A stretch of 64,000 nt of DNA from Solirubrobacterales bacterium (GTDB lineage Bacteria > Actinomycetota > Thermoleophilia > Solirubrobacterales > 70-9). Numbering within the stretch: the first letter of the stretch is position 1; every line of letters begins with the position of its first letter. A program made the translations under genes and the position numbers. Below the pieces are notes generated by a model, which was not told the DNA's origin, did not search any database, and saw nothing but the letters and a program-made list of their open reading frames with translations. The DNA is taken from positions 2,667 to 66,666 of the forward strand of contig JBFXEM010000001.1 in NCBI GenBank assembly GCA_050180135.1, read 5' to 3'. Positions 47,064 to 56,114 of this stretch are shown in pieces.

Positions 47064-48289
47064 AGCTTCTTGTAATTGCCCTTGAAGTCCGCTTTTCCGT
47101 ACCAGTCGACTTCCGGGCCTCCAAGGTCGATTTCATCGAGATTTTCCTGGGTGAACATCCGCAGCGGAATGTTCTCGTCCTTGACCGGTGGCACTCCGGC
47201 CAACACACGGAACGTCTGATCCGCAAGGCCCCAGCCCAGCCACACGTTCGCCCCCCCGACGTCTGCCGCCATAACTTCACCTTCGTTCATCATTTCCATG
47301 ACCGACGGGGTCGCATTGAAACTGACCACCTTGACATCCGGTTTGTTGGCCTGCAGGACGGCCGGCACGATGGAGATCGCCATACCGTCGTAGAGCGGAA
47401 TCATGTAGTTGGTCTCTGGATTCGACAGGAGCGTCGATCGAGTCAGAGTCGGAAGCCTCTTGCTCCACTCGGCAATCGGCACGTTCTCCGTGTCGAAATC
47501 GCATTCCGCGCACAGTTCATCGAACTCGCTCATGAGCCCTTTGACCTCGTCGGTCCCGCTAGTCACTTCCTCGGAGACGAAGATGGTGCCGTTGGCATCG
47601 CCGCCGCTGTCTGCAATGACGTAGTCCGCCATCTGCTTGCCGGCGCAGGAATAACAGAACGAGACCGAGGCAGAAACGCCAGGTAGTTGCACCTTGCCGG
47701 GGTCCCCGTTGATAGATTCGATCACCTTGACCCCCGCCCGGTCAGCCTCGGCCACGGCGCCCGCCACCAGTTTCGGTGAGATCGAAAACAGGATGACGGC
47801 ATCGTAGCTCTGGGAGATGGCGGTTTCCATTCCTCGATTGAACTCGGACACCTGACCCTTGCCATCGAACTGGTTCGCCTGCACGCCGACTTCGGCCGCG
47901 GCCTCAGCGAATGCCTTGTAGATCGTCTGAACCACGGGTATCGATGAATCGACCCCTATGAAGAGGACCTTTTTGCCTGTCGCCTTGCTGGCGTCGAAGG
48001 CGGGACCCGGCTGTTTCCATTCCGGTTCGGCCATCGCTGCCTGCAGTCTTTCTTTCGCCTCGCTGACGGGATCGCCTGCCGCGCCGCCGTCGTCGGTCGA
48101 TTCGCCCGTTCCGCCGGAGCTGGAGGCTTCGGTCGCAACGGAACCTTCGTCATCGGTACCGGAACCGCTCGAGCCGCAGGCGGACAGTCCGATGACGGCC
48201 AACAGGGCCAAAAAGACCAACAGAACACGATAGGTACCCAGCCGCCGTCCGACTGCGGATACATCTCTCTCGTCGGTGTGGTGTGACAT
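47048..48289 (-). CDS. ABC substrate-binding lipoprotein, copy B
   Basis: Lipobox 'GLSACGSSGS'. RBS AGAGGAGAGAG. Colinear with copy A. Confidence 0.85.
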   Translation of the reverse strand: MSHHTDERDVSAVGRRLGTYRVLLVFLALLAVIGLSACGSSGSGTDDEGSVATEASSSGGTGESTDDGGAAGDPVSEAKERLQAAMAEPEWKQPGPAFDASKATGKKVLFIGVDSSIPVVQTIYKAFAEAAAEVGVQANQFDGKGQVSEFNRGMETAISQSYDAVILFSISPKLVAGAVAEADRAGVKVIESINGDPGKVQLPGVSASVSFCYSCAGKQMADYVIADSGGDANGTIFVSEEVTSGTDEVKGLMSEFDELCAECDFDTENVPIAEWSKRLPTLTRSTLLSNPETNYMIPLYDGMAISIVPAVLQANKPDVKVVSFNATPSVMEMMNEGEVMAADVGGANVWLGWGLADQTFRVLAGVPPVKDENIPLRMFTQENLDEIDLGGPEVDWYGKADFKGNYKKLWKTG

Positions 48290-48369
48290 CTCTCTCCTCT
48301 TGAATTGACTTTTCCGCCTCGCCGGTCCAAAGGACCCGATTGACGGCCCCGATCCCGACTAACCGATGC

Positions 48370-49422
48370 TTACCCGCCCGTCCGGGCGCGGCCGACGAGC
48401 TTCGAAAACGTCACTGCGACGATCAGCGAGAAGCCGTAGAAGAACTGTTCGACCCAGCCGATCGCCCCGACCAATTGCAGTCCCGTGATGCCGGTCACCA
48501 GGAAATAGACGGATACAAAAGAGCCCCAGGGATTGAAGCGGCCTGGGGTGATAGCGGTTGCTCCGAGGAAGGCGGCAGCGAACGCCGGCAGCAGGTAGCT
48601 GGGACCGACCGTCGGATCCGAGCCGCCGAGCGTACCGGCGAGGACGACGCCGGCCAGGGCGGCCAAGAACCCCGAAAAGACGAGTGACCCCGCCCGGATC
48701 GCTTTGACCCTGACGCCGGTGAGGCGGGCGACCTCGGGACCGGCACCGACGAAGTACAGGTACCGACCAAGCGGAGTGTAGGAGTACACGTACCAGATCA
48801 GGACGGTCAGCGCGAGGCCGAACCAGAAGGCGAGTTGGACACCGAGGAACTGCGTGCGGGCAAGATCGACGAAGCCATGGTCGATCCCACTGAGCGTCGA
48901 ATTTTGCACCCCGACCGCGATTCCGGTCAGAAGCGTTCCCATCCCTAACGTGACGACGAGCGACTCGACTCCGACGACGACCACGAAGAAGGCGTTGATC
49001 AGGCCGGCCATGACTCCTGCTGCCAAGGCGAGCATGATGGCGAGGTAGATCGGCAACCCGACCGTGACGTTGAGCCAGCCCATGAGCACGAGGGACAGAC
49101 CCAACATCCCCGCAACCGAAAGATCGTACTCGCCGGCGCTGAGGGGAACGATGAGTCCCAGTGTCAGGATCAAAAGAACCGCCTGGGAGCCGAAGATGGT
49201 TTGAAAGTTCGAGGCGGTGAGGAACGTGTCTGGCTCCAGAAGGCCGAAGACGACGATCAACGCGATCCAGGCCAGGACGAGCGCAAATCGATAGCCGAGG
49301 TCAACGACTCGCACCCGTCGCGGCTGCCCGGTCGCCTGAACGTCCGTGGCCTTCGTCGTTTGCGTTGTGATCGCGGGGTCCACTATTGGTCGGATCCGTT
49401 GTGCCGTAAGAGACACAAGCAA
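48370..49422 (-). CDS. ABC permease (RbsC/AraH-like), copy B; start uncertain
   Basis: The longest ORF starts at TTG 49422. That position lies at or inside the predicted promoter/TSS. GTG 49314 (VRVVDLGYRFALVLAW...) is favoured by comparison with copy A. Confidence 0.8.
   Translation of the reverse strand: MLVSLTAQRIRPIVDPAITTQTTKATDVQATGQPRRVRVVDLGYRFALVLAWIALIVVFGLLEPDTFLTASNFQTIFGSQAVLLILTLGLIVPLSAGEYDLSVAGMLGLSLVLMGWLNVTVGLPIYLAIMLALAAGVMAGLINAFFVVVVGVESLVVTLGMGTLLTGIAVGVQNSTLSGIDHGFVDLARTQFLGVQLAFWFGLALTVLIWYVYSYTPLGRYLYFVGAGPEVARLTGVRVKAIRAGSLVFSGFLAALAGVVLAGTLGGSDPTVGPSYLLPAFAAAFLGATAITPGRFNPWGSFVSVYFLVTGITGLQLVGAIGWVEQFFYGFSLIVAVTFSKLVGRARTGG
49399..49418 (-). promoter_or_regulatory. 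hairpin TTGTG-N10-CACAA in the predicted leader of ABC/hyu operon B
   Basis: Sits at the same position relative to the -10 box as the copy-A hairpin. The flanking 'tgtgccg' is conserved between the copies. Confidence 0.25.
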
Positions 49423-49427
49423 GTGGG

Positions 49428-49456
49428 TTTATAGCATAAGGAAGTGGCACAGGCAA
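49428..49456 (-). promoter_or_regulatory. sigma-70-like promoter of ABC/hyu operon B (TTGCCT-17-TATAAA on the minus strand)
   Basis: The -35 is the reverse complement of aggcaa (49451-49456). The -10 is the reverse complement of tttata (49428-49433). It lies 109 nt upstream of the GTG 49314 codon. The copy-A box is 108 nt from the equivalent codon. Confidence 0.4.
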
Positions 49457-49580
49457 GGATCAAGCAGGACTTTTTTACGTCCTAAGCCTTTAGACCTTGA
49501 CCGAAAGGTCAGACCTGTTTGCGCCCGCGTATCGGGCTGCGCTACCTCACCGCGCCGGACCTACGCGGCGCCGCGTCGAC

Positions 49581-49900
49581 TCAGTGGATGGAAATGTCGG
49601 AGATGCTGGCGAAGCTGAACCCCGCCGGCTCGGACCGCTCGGCCTGGGCGACCAGGGTCGGCGCGTCGAACTCCTCGCAGGAGAGGGTGTAGCCGAGCTG
49701 GGCGATGACCTCCCGAGTTCCCGTCGCCTCTCGGCGCTGAGCCCGAGCGTTTCGGCGATCTCCCCCGGCGTCCGCTCCGGCTCGCCTTCGAGCCCGAACC
49801 GCGCCGCAGGATCGCCCGCTCGCGGTCGGAGAGTCCCGGACAGCAGCGCCAGCAGCTCGCGCGCCTGCAGACTGATCTGGCCCCATTGCGACGGCTTCAA
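49581..49900 (-). pseudogene. mosaic of gene fragments: a sigma-70 region-4 piece (frameshifted) abutting an N-terminal piece of an LLM-class (F420-type) oxidoreductase
   Basis: Across three frames: 'LSDRERAILR', 'ARFGLEGEPERTPGEIAETLGLSAERRRE', then 'LGYTLSCEEFDAPTLVAQAERSEPAGFSFASISD' followed by a shifted 'HFHP' and a stop. Confidence 0.4.
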
Positions 49901-49983
49901 CGTCCCACCTCCGTCCGATAGCGACCCGACGTTTCTCGCATCAAGCAGCGCGAGCCGGAGGTCACACAGGGAGTGGATCAAGA

Positions 49984-50150
49984 GTGGAGCAGTTTGAGCA
50001 GATCAGGCGCGACCGCGATTGCGAGGGGCTGTCGATCAGGGAGCTGGCGCGCCGCCACGGCGTCCACCGCCGGGCGGTCCGCCAAGCGCTGGCCTCGCCG
50101 CTGCCGCGGCCGAAGCGCAAGCCCTGCACCTGTCCGGCGCCGAAGCTCGG
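49984..50150 (+). mobile_element. 5' fragment of an IS21-family istA transposase gene
   Basis: 'MEQFEQIRRDRDCEGLSIRELARRHGVHRRAVRQALASPLPRPKRKP' matches the IstA N-terminal HTH. Similarity is lost after ~55 codons. Confidence 0.5.
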
Positions 50151-50443
50151 CCTCAACCGGGTCATCTCCACGGCGCGGCCACTTCAGGCCGTCGCACCGG
50201 GGCCAGTGCAAGCCGTCGCTCCGACGAAGTCGCCGCCTACGCGCGATCTGCCTGATCACTCGGTCGTGACTGGCCCGAGCCGCTGCTCGGGCAACCGAGG
50301 AGCGAGCGGCTGATCGCGCCCCGCGTGCGGGAGCGGGGTCGACAGGCTCGATCCCGCTGAGACCCCTGAGCGGGGCACGACAGGTGACGGTAGCGACCTG
50401 AGGCTTTAGGCTGGGCGCGCGGGCATGTTCGTCATAGACTGCT

Positions 50444-51697
50444 ATGGCAAAAATACCGGACCAGACCAAACCAAGCAGCGAGCCTGCGGCGGGCCTGCCG
50501 CCGTGGGTCACCATCTTCGGTGCGATCCTCGTCTGCACTTGGACCGGGAACCAGTTCACCCCGCTCCTGCTGCTCTACGAGGCCAACGACCACTACTCCG
50601 TGGTGACGCTCAACGTCCTGCTCGGCGTGTACGTGCTCGGACTTGCGCCGACGATGTTGGTCGGCGGCGCACTCTCGGACCGCTACGGCCGTCGGCGCTG
50701 CCTGATCGCGGGCGTCCTGGCCTCGGTTGCTGCGAGCGCCACGCTAGCCTTCGGTGAGTTCGGCGCGGTGAGCCTGGTGGTTGGGCGCCTGCTCTGAGGC
50801 GTCGGTGTCGGTGCCTCGGCGGTGGCCGGGTCGAGCTGGCTGAAAGAGGTCTCGCAGCCGCCGTACGACGCTCGCGCCGATGCGACTGCCGGTGCTCGTC
50901 GCGCCTCGGTGGCCTTCACGCTGGGCTCCTCGCTTGGCGCCGTGGTCGCGGGTTCGATCGCCCAGTGGACCGACGCGGGGGGAGTGGCGCCGTTTCTCGT
51001 CCACATCGCCATCACGGCGCCCTTCGCGTTCCTGCTGGCTCAGATACCCGAGCCAAGAACGGTGGCCCGCACCCGGATTCGGATGGATGCAGATGAGAAA
51101 CGTCAGGCGTCATTGCTGCTCGTCGCGTTCGCCCCCTGGCTTTTTCTCGCCGCGGGAGTCGGATACGGATACCTGCCACTACTTCTCGACCACCGTACCG
51201 AGGGTTGGGGTCTTGCCTACGCCACCCTCCTGAACGTCATCGCGATGACGATCGCCGGGGTGGTCCAGCCACTGGCTCGCCGGTTCGTCGTCCGCCTCGG
51301 ACGTGTCGCCCTCGCCATACCGCTCGCGATCTTCGGTTCCGGCTTCGGCCTGTCCGCCATCGCAGAGGCCGCTCAGTCACCTGCTCTGGGGCTCGCCGTC
51401 AACGTGATCTTCGGCATCGGCATCGGCTGCGGACTGCTCACGGGCCTGCTCGAGGTCCAGCGGATCGCCCGCGGGCATTCCAACCTGGCGCAGCTCACCG
51501 GGGCCTTCTACACGGCCGCTTACCTCGGATTCCTCGCCCCGGTCGCGCTCGCCCAGCTGGCCCTGTATGTCCCGGTCTCGACCTTGTTCACCTGCGTCGG
51601 CGGCCTTGCCATAGCCGCCTCGCTCTACGTCTTCGGCGCGACCAAAGGCCGCGGCGGGATGGTCGCGACGCCCTCCCGGCCTCGCCACTCGCGTTGA
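50444..51697 (+). pseudogene. MFS transporter interrupted by a single in-frame TGA (50795-50797)
   Basis: ORFs 50444..50797 and 50822..51697 are in the same frame. Read-through gives '...SLVVGRLL*GVGVGASAVAGSSWLKEVS...', a typical MFS TM4-TM5 region. 'GGALSDRYGRRRCLIAG' is the MFS motif A. Confidence 0.6.
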
Positions 51698-51943
51698 TAG
51701 GCCGGGGCTTCTTGCGCGTCGGAGATGCTCCACTGACGGGACCCCTGCCCGGGCACTATTTGCTTTAGCTGTCGCGCAAGTCAAGTCCCAGCTCTTGGGT
51801 TCGTTATTCGGTGGCGTCTTGAGCAGGAGATCGGAGAAGCGGAGCGGCTTCGCCCCGTTCCTCAGTGTCCCCCCGAGGAACCGATTCTTACCATAGGCCG
51901 ATAGGACACAACAAGTCGGACATAAATTCGGCTCGCAGAGCGG

Positions 51944-52702
51944 CTAGGACGGCTGCATCCGCAGCGCACCGTCGAGCCGGATCACCTCGCCGTTGATCAT
52001 CCGGTTGGTCGCGAGGTGCGCGACCAGGTCGGCGAACTCGCCCGGATCTCCGAGCCGCGACGGGTACGGGACGTTGGCCGCCAACGATTCGCGCGCTCGC
52101 GCTGGCAGCCCGGCCAGGAGCGGCGTGTCGAAGAGGCCGGGGGCGATCGTCACTACCCGGATCGCGCTGTCCGCCAGCTCGCGGGCGACGGGCAGGGTCA
52201 GCCCCACCACACCGCCCTTCGAGGCGGCATAGGCGACCTGGCCGACCTGACCATCGTAGGCGGCGATCGAGGCGGTATTGACGCAGACGCCGCGGTCGCC
52301 GTCCGCGCTCTCCGGGTAGGAGGACATCGCTCCGGCGGCGCAGCGCAGCACGTTGATCGTGCCCAGGAGGTTGACTTCAAGCACGTTGGCGAAGTTCTCG
52401 AGCGGGGTCGGACCGTCGCGGCCGAGCAGCTTGGTCGGCGTTCCGAGGCCGGCGCAGTTGACGCAGATGCGCAGCTCGCCGAGCTTGGTCGCACTCGCCA
52501 CCGCGTGCTCGACCGAGCCGGCATCGACGACGTCGACCTCGGCGGCGCGGCCGCCGATCTCGGCGGCAAGGCTCTCGGCGCGGTCAGCCACTAGGTCTGC
52601 GACGAGTACCGTGGCACCCTCCGCGGCGAAGCGGCGTGCGGTTGCGGCTCCCAGTCCTGAAGCGCCGCCGAAGACGGCGGCGACAGCACCCTCGATCTTC
52701 AT
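51944..52702 (-). CDS. short-chain dehydrogenase, type-II 3-hydroxyacyl-CoA dehydrogenase (HSD17B10)-like
   Basis: 'AAVFGGASGLGAATARRF', 'NTASIAAYDGQVGQVAYAASKGGVVGLT' (YxxxK), 'NGEVIRLDGALRM'. Confidence 0.85.
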   Translation of the reverse strand: MKIEGAVAAVFGGASGLGAATARRFAAEGATVLVADLVADRAESLAAEIGGRAAEVDVVDAGSVEHAVASATKLGELRICVNCAGLGTPTKLLGRDGPTPLENFANVLEVNLLGTINVLRCAAGAMSSYPESADGDRGVCVNTASIAAYDGQVGQVAYAASKGGVVGLTLPVARELADSAIRVVTIAPGLFDTPLLAGLPARARESLAANVPYPSRLGDPGEFADLVAHLATNRMINGEVIRLDGALRMQPS

Positions 52703-52806
52703 CTTTCTCCTTACGGGGGGAAAATATCCCAGACCACTATGCCATATAGTCTACCTAGAGCGTTGCTCTATTGGGTCATTAACTCGACGAGCGGAGGCTG
52801 AGGGAT

Positions 52807-54507
52807 ATGGAGAAGACGATTGCGGAGGCGCTCGCCGAGGGGCTGGTCGCGCAGGGCATCGAGCGCGTCTACAGCCTGCCCGGCAGCCACATGAAGCCGC
52901 TCTGGCACGCCCTCGACAAGCTCGGCGTGCGGGTCGTCACCGCCCGCGACGAGCGCGCAGCGGTGCACATGGCGCAGGCCGAAGCGGAACTGCGCAACCG
53001 GCTGGCGGTGGCGATCCTCACTGCCGGCCCCGGCCTCACCAACGGCGTCACCGGGCTCGGCGCCGCCTACCTCGACCGGGCGCCGGTGCTGGTGATCGGC
53101 ACTCGAGCGCCGCTGCTGCAGGACGGGATGGGGGCGCTCGAGGAAATCGAGCAGGTCGCGGTCGTCGCTCCGCTCTGCCGCGCCACCTACGCGGTGCTCG
53201 ATTCGCGCCACGCCCTCCCCCGCTTCGACCTCGCGATCTCGGCGGCGATCGGCGATGACGGCCCGCCCGGGCCGGTCTACTACGAGCTGCCCTCCGACCT
53301 TTTCAAAGCGCCGCTGCCGCGACCCTACGCCGAGATCCGCTGCCGCAGCCGCAGCGTCCGCCTCCCCACCGAGGCCGATGTCGCGGCGGCGGTAGAGCTG
53401 CTGCGCTCAGCCCGGCGGCCGCTGGTGATCGCCGGCCGCGAGGCGCTGGTGGCGGCGGACCAGCTGCCGCGCTTCGTCGCCACGGCGGGCGCCGCCTACC
53501 TCGATACGCGAGCCAGCCGTGACCGACTCTCGCGCCGGGTCGAGTCCTTCGTGCCGGCGCTGCGCGGCCGGGCGATGGCCGAGGCCGACCTCGTCGTCAC
53601 GCTCGGCCGGCCGCTCGACTTCGAACTCGCCTACGGCTCGCCGGCGGCCTTCCGGACGGCGCGGGCGTTTCTGCGGATCGGCCGCGGCGCCGAGGACGTC
53701 AGTGCCAACCGCCGGGGAGACGTCGAGCTGCGCGCCGACGTCGGCCCGGCGCTAGCGGCGCTGCTCGCCGCAAGCGCCGCCCCTGAGCGGCCCGACCGCG
53801 AGTGGCTGGCGGCGCTGGTGGACGAGAACGCAAGCAAGGAGAGTCGCTTCGAGGAGCGCGTCGCCGCAGCCGAGGAACTCGAGGACGGCCTCCATCCGCA
53901 CCAGCTGCTGGCGGCGGTCAACCGCGTCGTTGACGAGGAGACGATCGTTATCGCCGACGGCGGCGACATCCTCTCCTGGGCCCGCACCGGCCTGCGGGCG
54001 CCGACCTACCTCGACCTCGGCGCCTTCGGTTGCCTCGGGACCGGAGTTCCCTACGCGGTCGCTGCCGCGCTCAGCAACCCGGGCCGGCGGGTGATCGCGG
54101 TGGTCGGCGACGGCGCCTTCGGCTTCAACGCAATGGAGCTCGAGACCGCCGCCCGGGAAGGCGCCCAGATCGTCGTCGTCGTCGCCAACAACAGCGCCTG
54201 GAACATCGAACGCGCCGACCAGCTCGAGAACTACGGCGGCGAGGTGCTGGGCACCGAGCTATCGAGCTGCGACTTCGGGATGCTGGCCCGGGCGCTCGGC
54301 GCCAGCGGCGAGAAAGTCGAGCGCGTCGCCGACCTCGACGCGGCGCTCGAGCGAGCGCTAGCGGCTGCACCGGCGGTAGTTGACGTCCGGGTCAGCCGCG
54401 AGCCGGCCTCGGCCGACACCAAGAGCGGCCTCGCCGCCGTCCCCCGCTCGCACGTGCTGTCCGCTTGGGATCGCGACGAGCGGGCCTGGCTCGATCAGAG
54501 CGAGTAG
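52807..54507 (+). CDS. ThDP-dependent enzyme, oxalyl-CoA decarboxylase / 2-hydroxyacyl-CoA lyase-like
   Basis: 'LTAGPGLTNGVTGLGAAYLDRAPVLVIG'. The ThDP motif 'VVGDGAFGFNAMELETAAREGAQIVVVVANNSAWN' has AFGF..ME.ET, recalled as typical of the OXC/HACL clade rather than acetolactate synthases. Confidence 0.8.
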   Translation: MEKTIAEALAEGLVAQGIERVYSLPGSHMKPLWHALDKLGVRVVTARDERAAVHMAQAEAELRNRLAVAILTAGPGLTNGVTGLGAAYLDRAPVLVIGTRAPLLQDGMGALEEIEQVAVVAPLCRATYAVLDSRHALPRFDLAISAAIGDDGPPGPVYYELPSDLFKAPLPRPYAEIRCRSRSVRLPTEADVAAAVELLRSARRPLVIAGREALVAADQLPRFVATAGAAYLDTRASRDRLSRRVESFVPALRGRAMAEADLVVTLGRPLDFELAYGSPAAFRTARAFLRIGRGAEDVSANRRGDVELRADVGPALAALLAASAAPERPDREWLAALVDENASKESRFEERVAAAEELEDGLHPHQLLAAVNRVVDEETIVIADGGDILSWARTGLRAPTYLDLGAFGCLGTGVPYAVAAALSNPGRRVIAVVGDGAFGFNAMELETAAREGAQIVVVVANNSAWNIERADQLENYGGEVLGTELSSCDFGMLARALGASGEKVERVADLDAALERALAAAPAVVDVRVSREPASADTKSGLAAVPRSHVLSAWDRDERAWLDQSE

Positions 54508-55459
54508 AGGTCGGGCCGGCGGTCGCCGAGCGCGTCGGTCCGCTTGTCGCGGACGAGCGCCAGGTCGAGGTCGGCGACGGCGGCGCCTTCCTCGATCTGG
54601 GTGGAGGCGACAGCCTTCGGGATCGACGATCGTCGTCCCCGCCGTCCAGCGTCGCCTGCAACTCGGGATCGAATTCGCCTGACCTTCCGCGCTCGGCAGC
54701 GGGACGTCGGACTCCAGCGCGCCGCTCGAGTCGAGCAGCTCGGCTTCCTCGGCGGCTCCGCCTGAGCTGACGAGGTTTTTTTTATAGAAGGCCCCGTTGT
54801 CCGCGGTCGTGAAGGCATCGACCGGACGCCAGCCGGCGGTGGTGGTGGCGCCCTTCGGGGTACCGCCGCCAGCCCAACCCAGCACCGACCATTCGGCCGC
54901 GAAACGCGAGTTGGAGGTGCTGCTGCCGTCAAAGACCTCGGTAACGGGCAGGGCGGCGAGGGCCGCCGGAATGCGCGGGGTCAGATCCAGCTCCCCGGCC
55001 TTGAATTTGTAGATCCGGACGATGTTGCCGGCGCCGAAGACCCCGACCTTGCTTGCTCGAAGGACGAGTCGACGGCGCTCAATCGCTGAGCGAACCCCGA
55101 GCCCGTGTTGGTCCAGGCCGAGACGGTCGCGCCCTCGTCGACCAAGGCCAGCGAGTTCCCCGCAGTGAAGGACACCCCGGCTTTGGATGCGGGTTCAGAT
55201 TTTTCGCCGGCCTGCCACTTGAGCAGCGTAACGTCGTAGGTGTTGGCCGAAGATGAGCTCGAACTTCAACTCGTAGCCCGTCCGAGCGCCCGCCGGGGTC
55301 GGCATGTCCAGCCACAGCGAGAATAGCGTTCGGCAATCGAGGGATCTACGGCCATCGTCGCAGCCGCCGAGAGAGCCGAGCCGCCACCGGCTTCAGATCC
55401 GGCGTCTCAGCCAGAGTCCAGCCCTCGCCCCACTCGGTGTCCTCGGAGTCCGGGAGCAT
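54495..55459 (-). pseudogene. frameshifted ORF remnants encoding LamG/concanavalin-like beta-sandwich segments
   Basis: Coherent peptide pieces appear in three frames: 'YSLWLDMPTPAGARTGYELKFELIF', 'TYDVTLLKWQAGEKSEPASKAGVSFTAGNSLALVDEGATVSAWTNTGSGFAQRLSAVDSSF', 'FDGSSTSNSRFAAEWSVLGWAGGGTPKGATTTAGWRPVDAFTTADNGAFYKKNLVSSGG', 'IEEGAAVADLDLALVRDKRTDALGDRRPDLYSL*'. Confidence 0.35.
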
Positions 55460-55468
55460 CGAGTTGTA

Positions 55469-55696
55469 TTAGCGCTCGACCTCCAGGTCGAGGGCGGCAG
55501 TGCTCTCCACGTCCAGATCCTTCTGGCGGTAGACGAGGTTGCCGTTGATCACGTCGGCGAACGCGCGGCCCAGCGCGTCGGCCTTCTCGAAGTCCCTAGC
55601 GTCGATCGCGAGCCAGAGGTCGCTCAACCCACTCAGGTGGTCGAGCACCTGGATATAGAGAGCCTCCCGCTGCTCCGCGCTGATCGTGATGGTCAT
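55469..55696 (-). CDS. small acidic hypothetical protein (75 aa)
   Basis: The ATG is preceded by GGGAGGA. MTITISAEQREALYIQVLDHLSGLSDLWLAIDARDFEKADALGRAFADVING... No family recognised. Confidence 0.5.
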   Translation of the reverse strand: MTITISAEQREALYIQVLDHLSGLSDLWLAIDARDFEKADALGRAFADVINGNLVYRQKDLDVESTAALDLEVER

Positions 55697-56053
55697 GGCG
55701 TCCTCCCGTTCGGTCGGGCGCCGAAGACTGGCCTCGGGGCATGTTGCGCGAGCGCGTCCGGCGGTACCGTCCCTCTCGCATCGAAGCTAGGCCTTCGGTG
55801 CCGGGCCCCGGGGCGCGCCAACGCCGCCGGGGCCGCTCATCTGCGTTTCCGCAAGCGAACGTAGGCGGACCCGAGGCCGGCTTTCAAGGGCGGAACAGAC
55901 CCTCACTCGAAGCTCACCTTGCCCCAGGGCTTGCCCCAGAGGCCTTTGTCGCGATACGGCGCCGTACTTCGAGGCGAGGAGTGAAGCCAGGCGCAAGCCC
56001 CAAAAGTGGCCCATTTGCAGCGCCTCTTCAATCGAGAAGGGCCCCATTTCTGG

Positions 56054-56098
56054 GACCCTTCTCTAGTAGCGGGGGCAGGATTCGAACCTGCGACCTTC
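56054..56098 (-). tRNA. truncated 3' half of an initiator-type tRNA-Met (anticodon loop to acceptor end only); att-like remnant, not a functional tRNA
   Basis: The reverse complement reads CTCATAA-CCCGA-AGGTC-GCAGG-TTCGAAT-CCTGC-CCCCGCT-A. That is a CAT anticodon loop, a CCC-rich anticodon stem 3' strand as in tRNA-fMet, the variable loop, the T-arm and the acceptor 3' strand. The 5' side (GGTGAA) cannot pair, and no D-arm or 5' acceptor strand is present. Confidence 0.6.
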
Positions 56099-56114
56099 GG
56101 GTTATGAGTTCACC

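Noticed and set aside
50795-50797. The TGA in the MFS gene as a selenocysteine codon.
   Set aside because: No convincing stem-loop lies immediately downstream, a transporter is not a redox enzyme, and the position aligns with a small non-catalytic residue. A nonsense mutation or sequencing error is more parsimonious.
55716-56050. ORFs 55741..56121 (+) and 55787..56047 (-), between the 75-aa gene and the tRNA fragment. An integrase might have been expected here.
   Set aside because: There are no integrase or recombinase motifs and no RBS. The plus-strand ORF reads through the tRNA fragment. The region is treated as non-coding.
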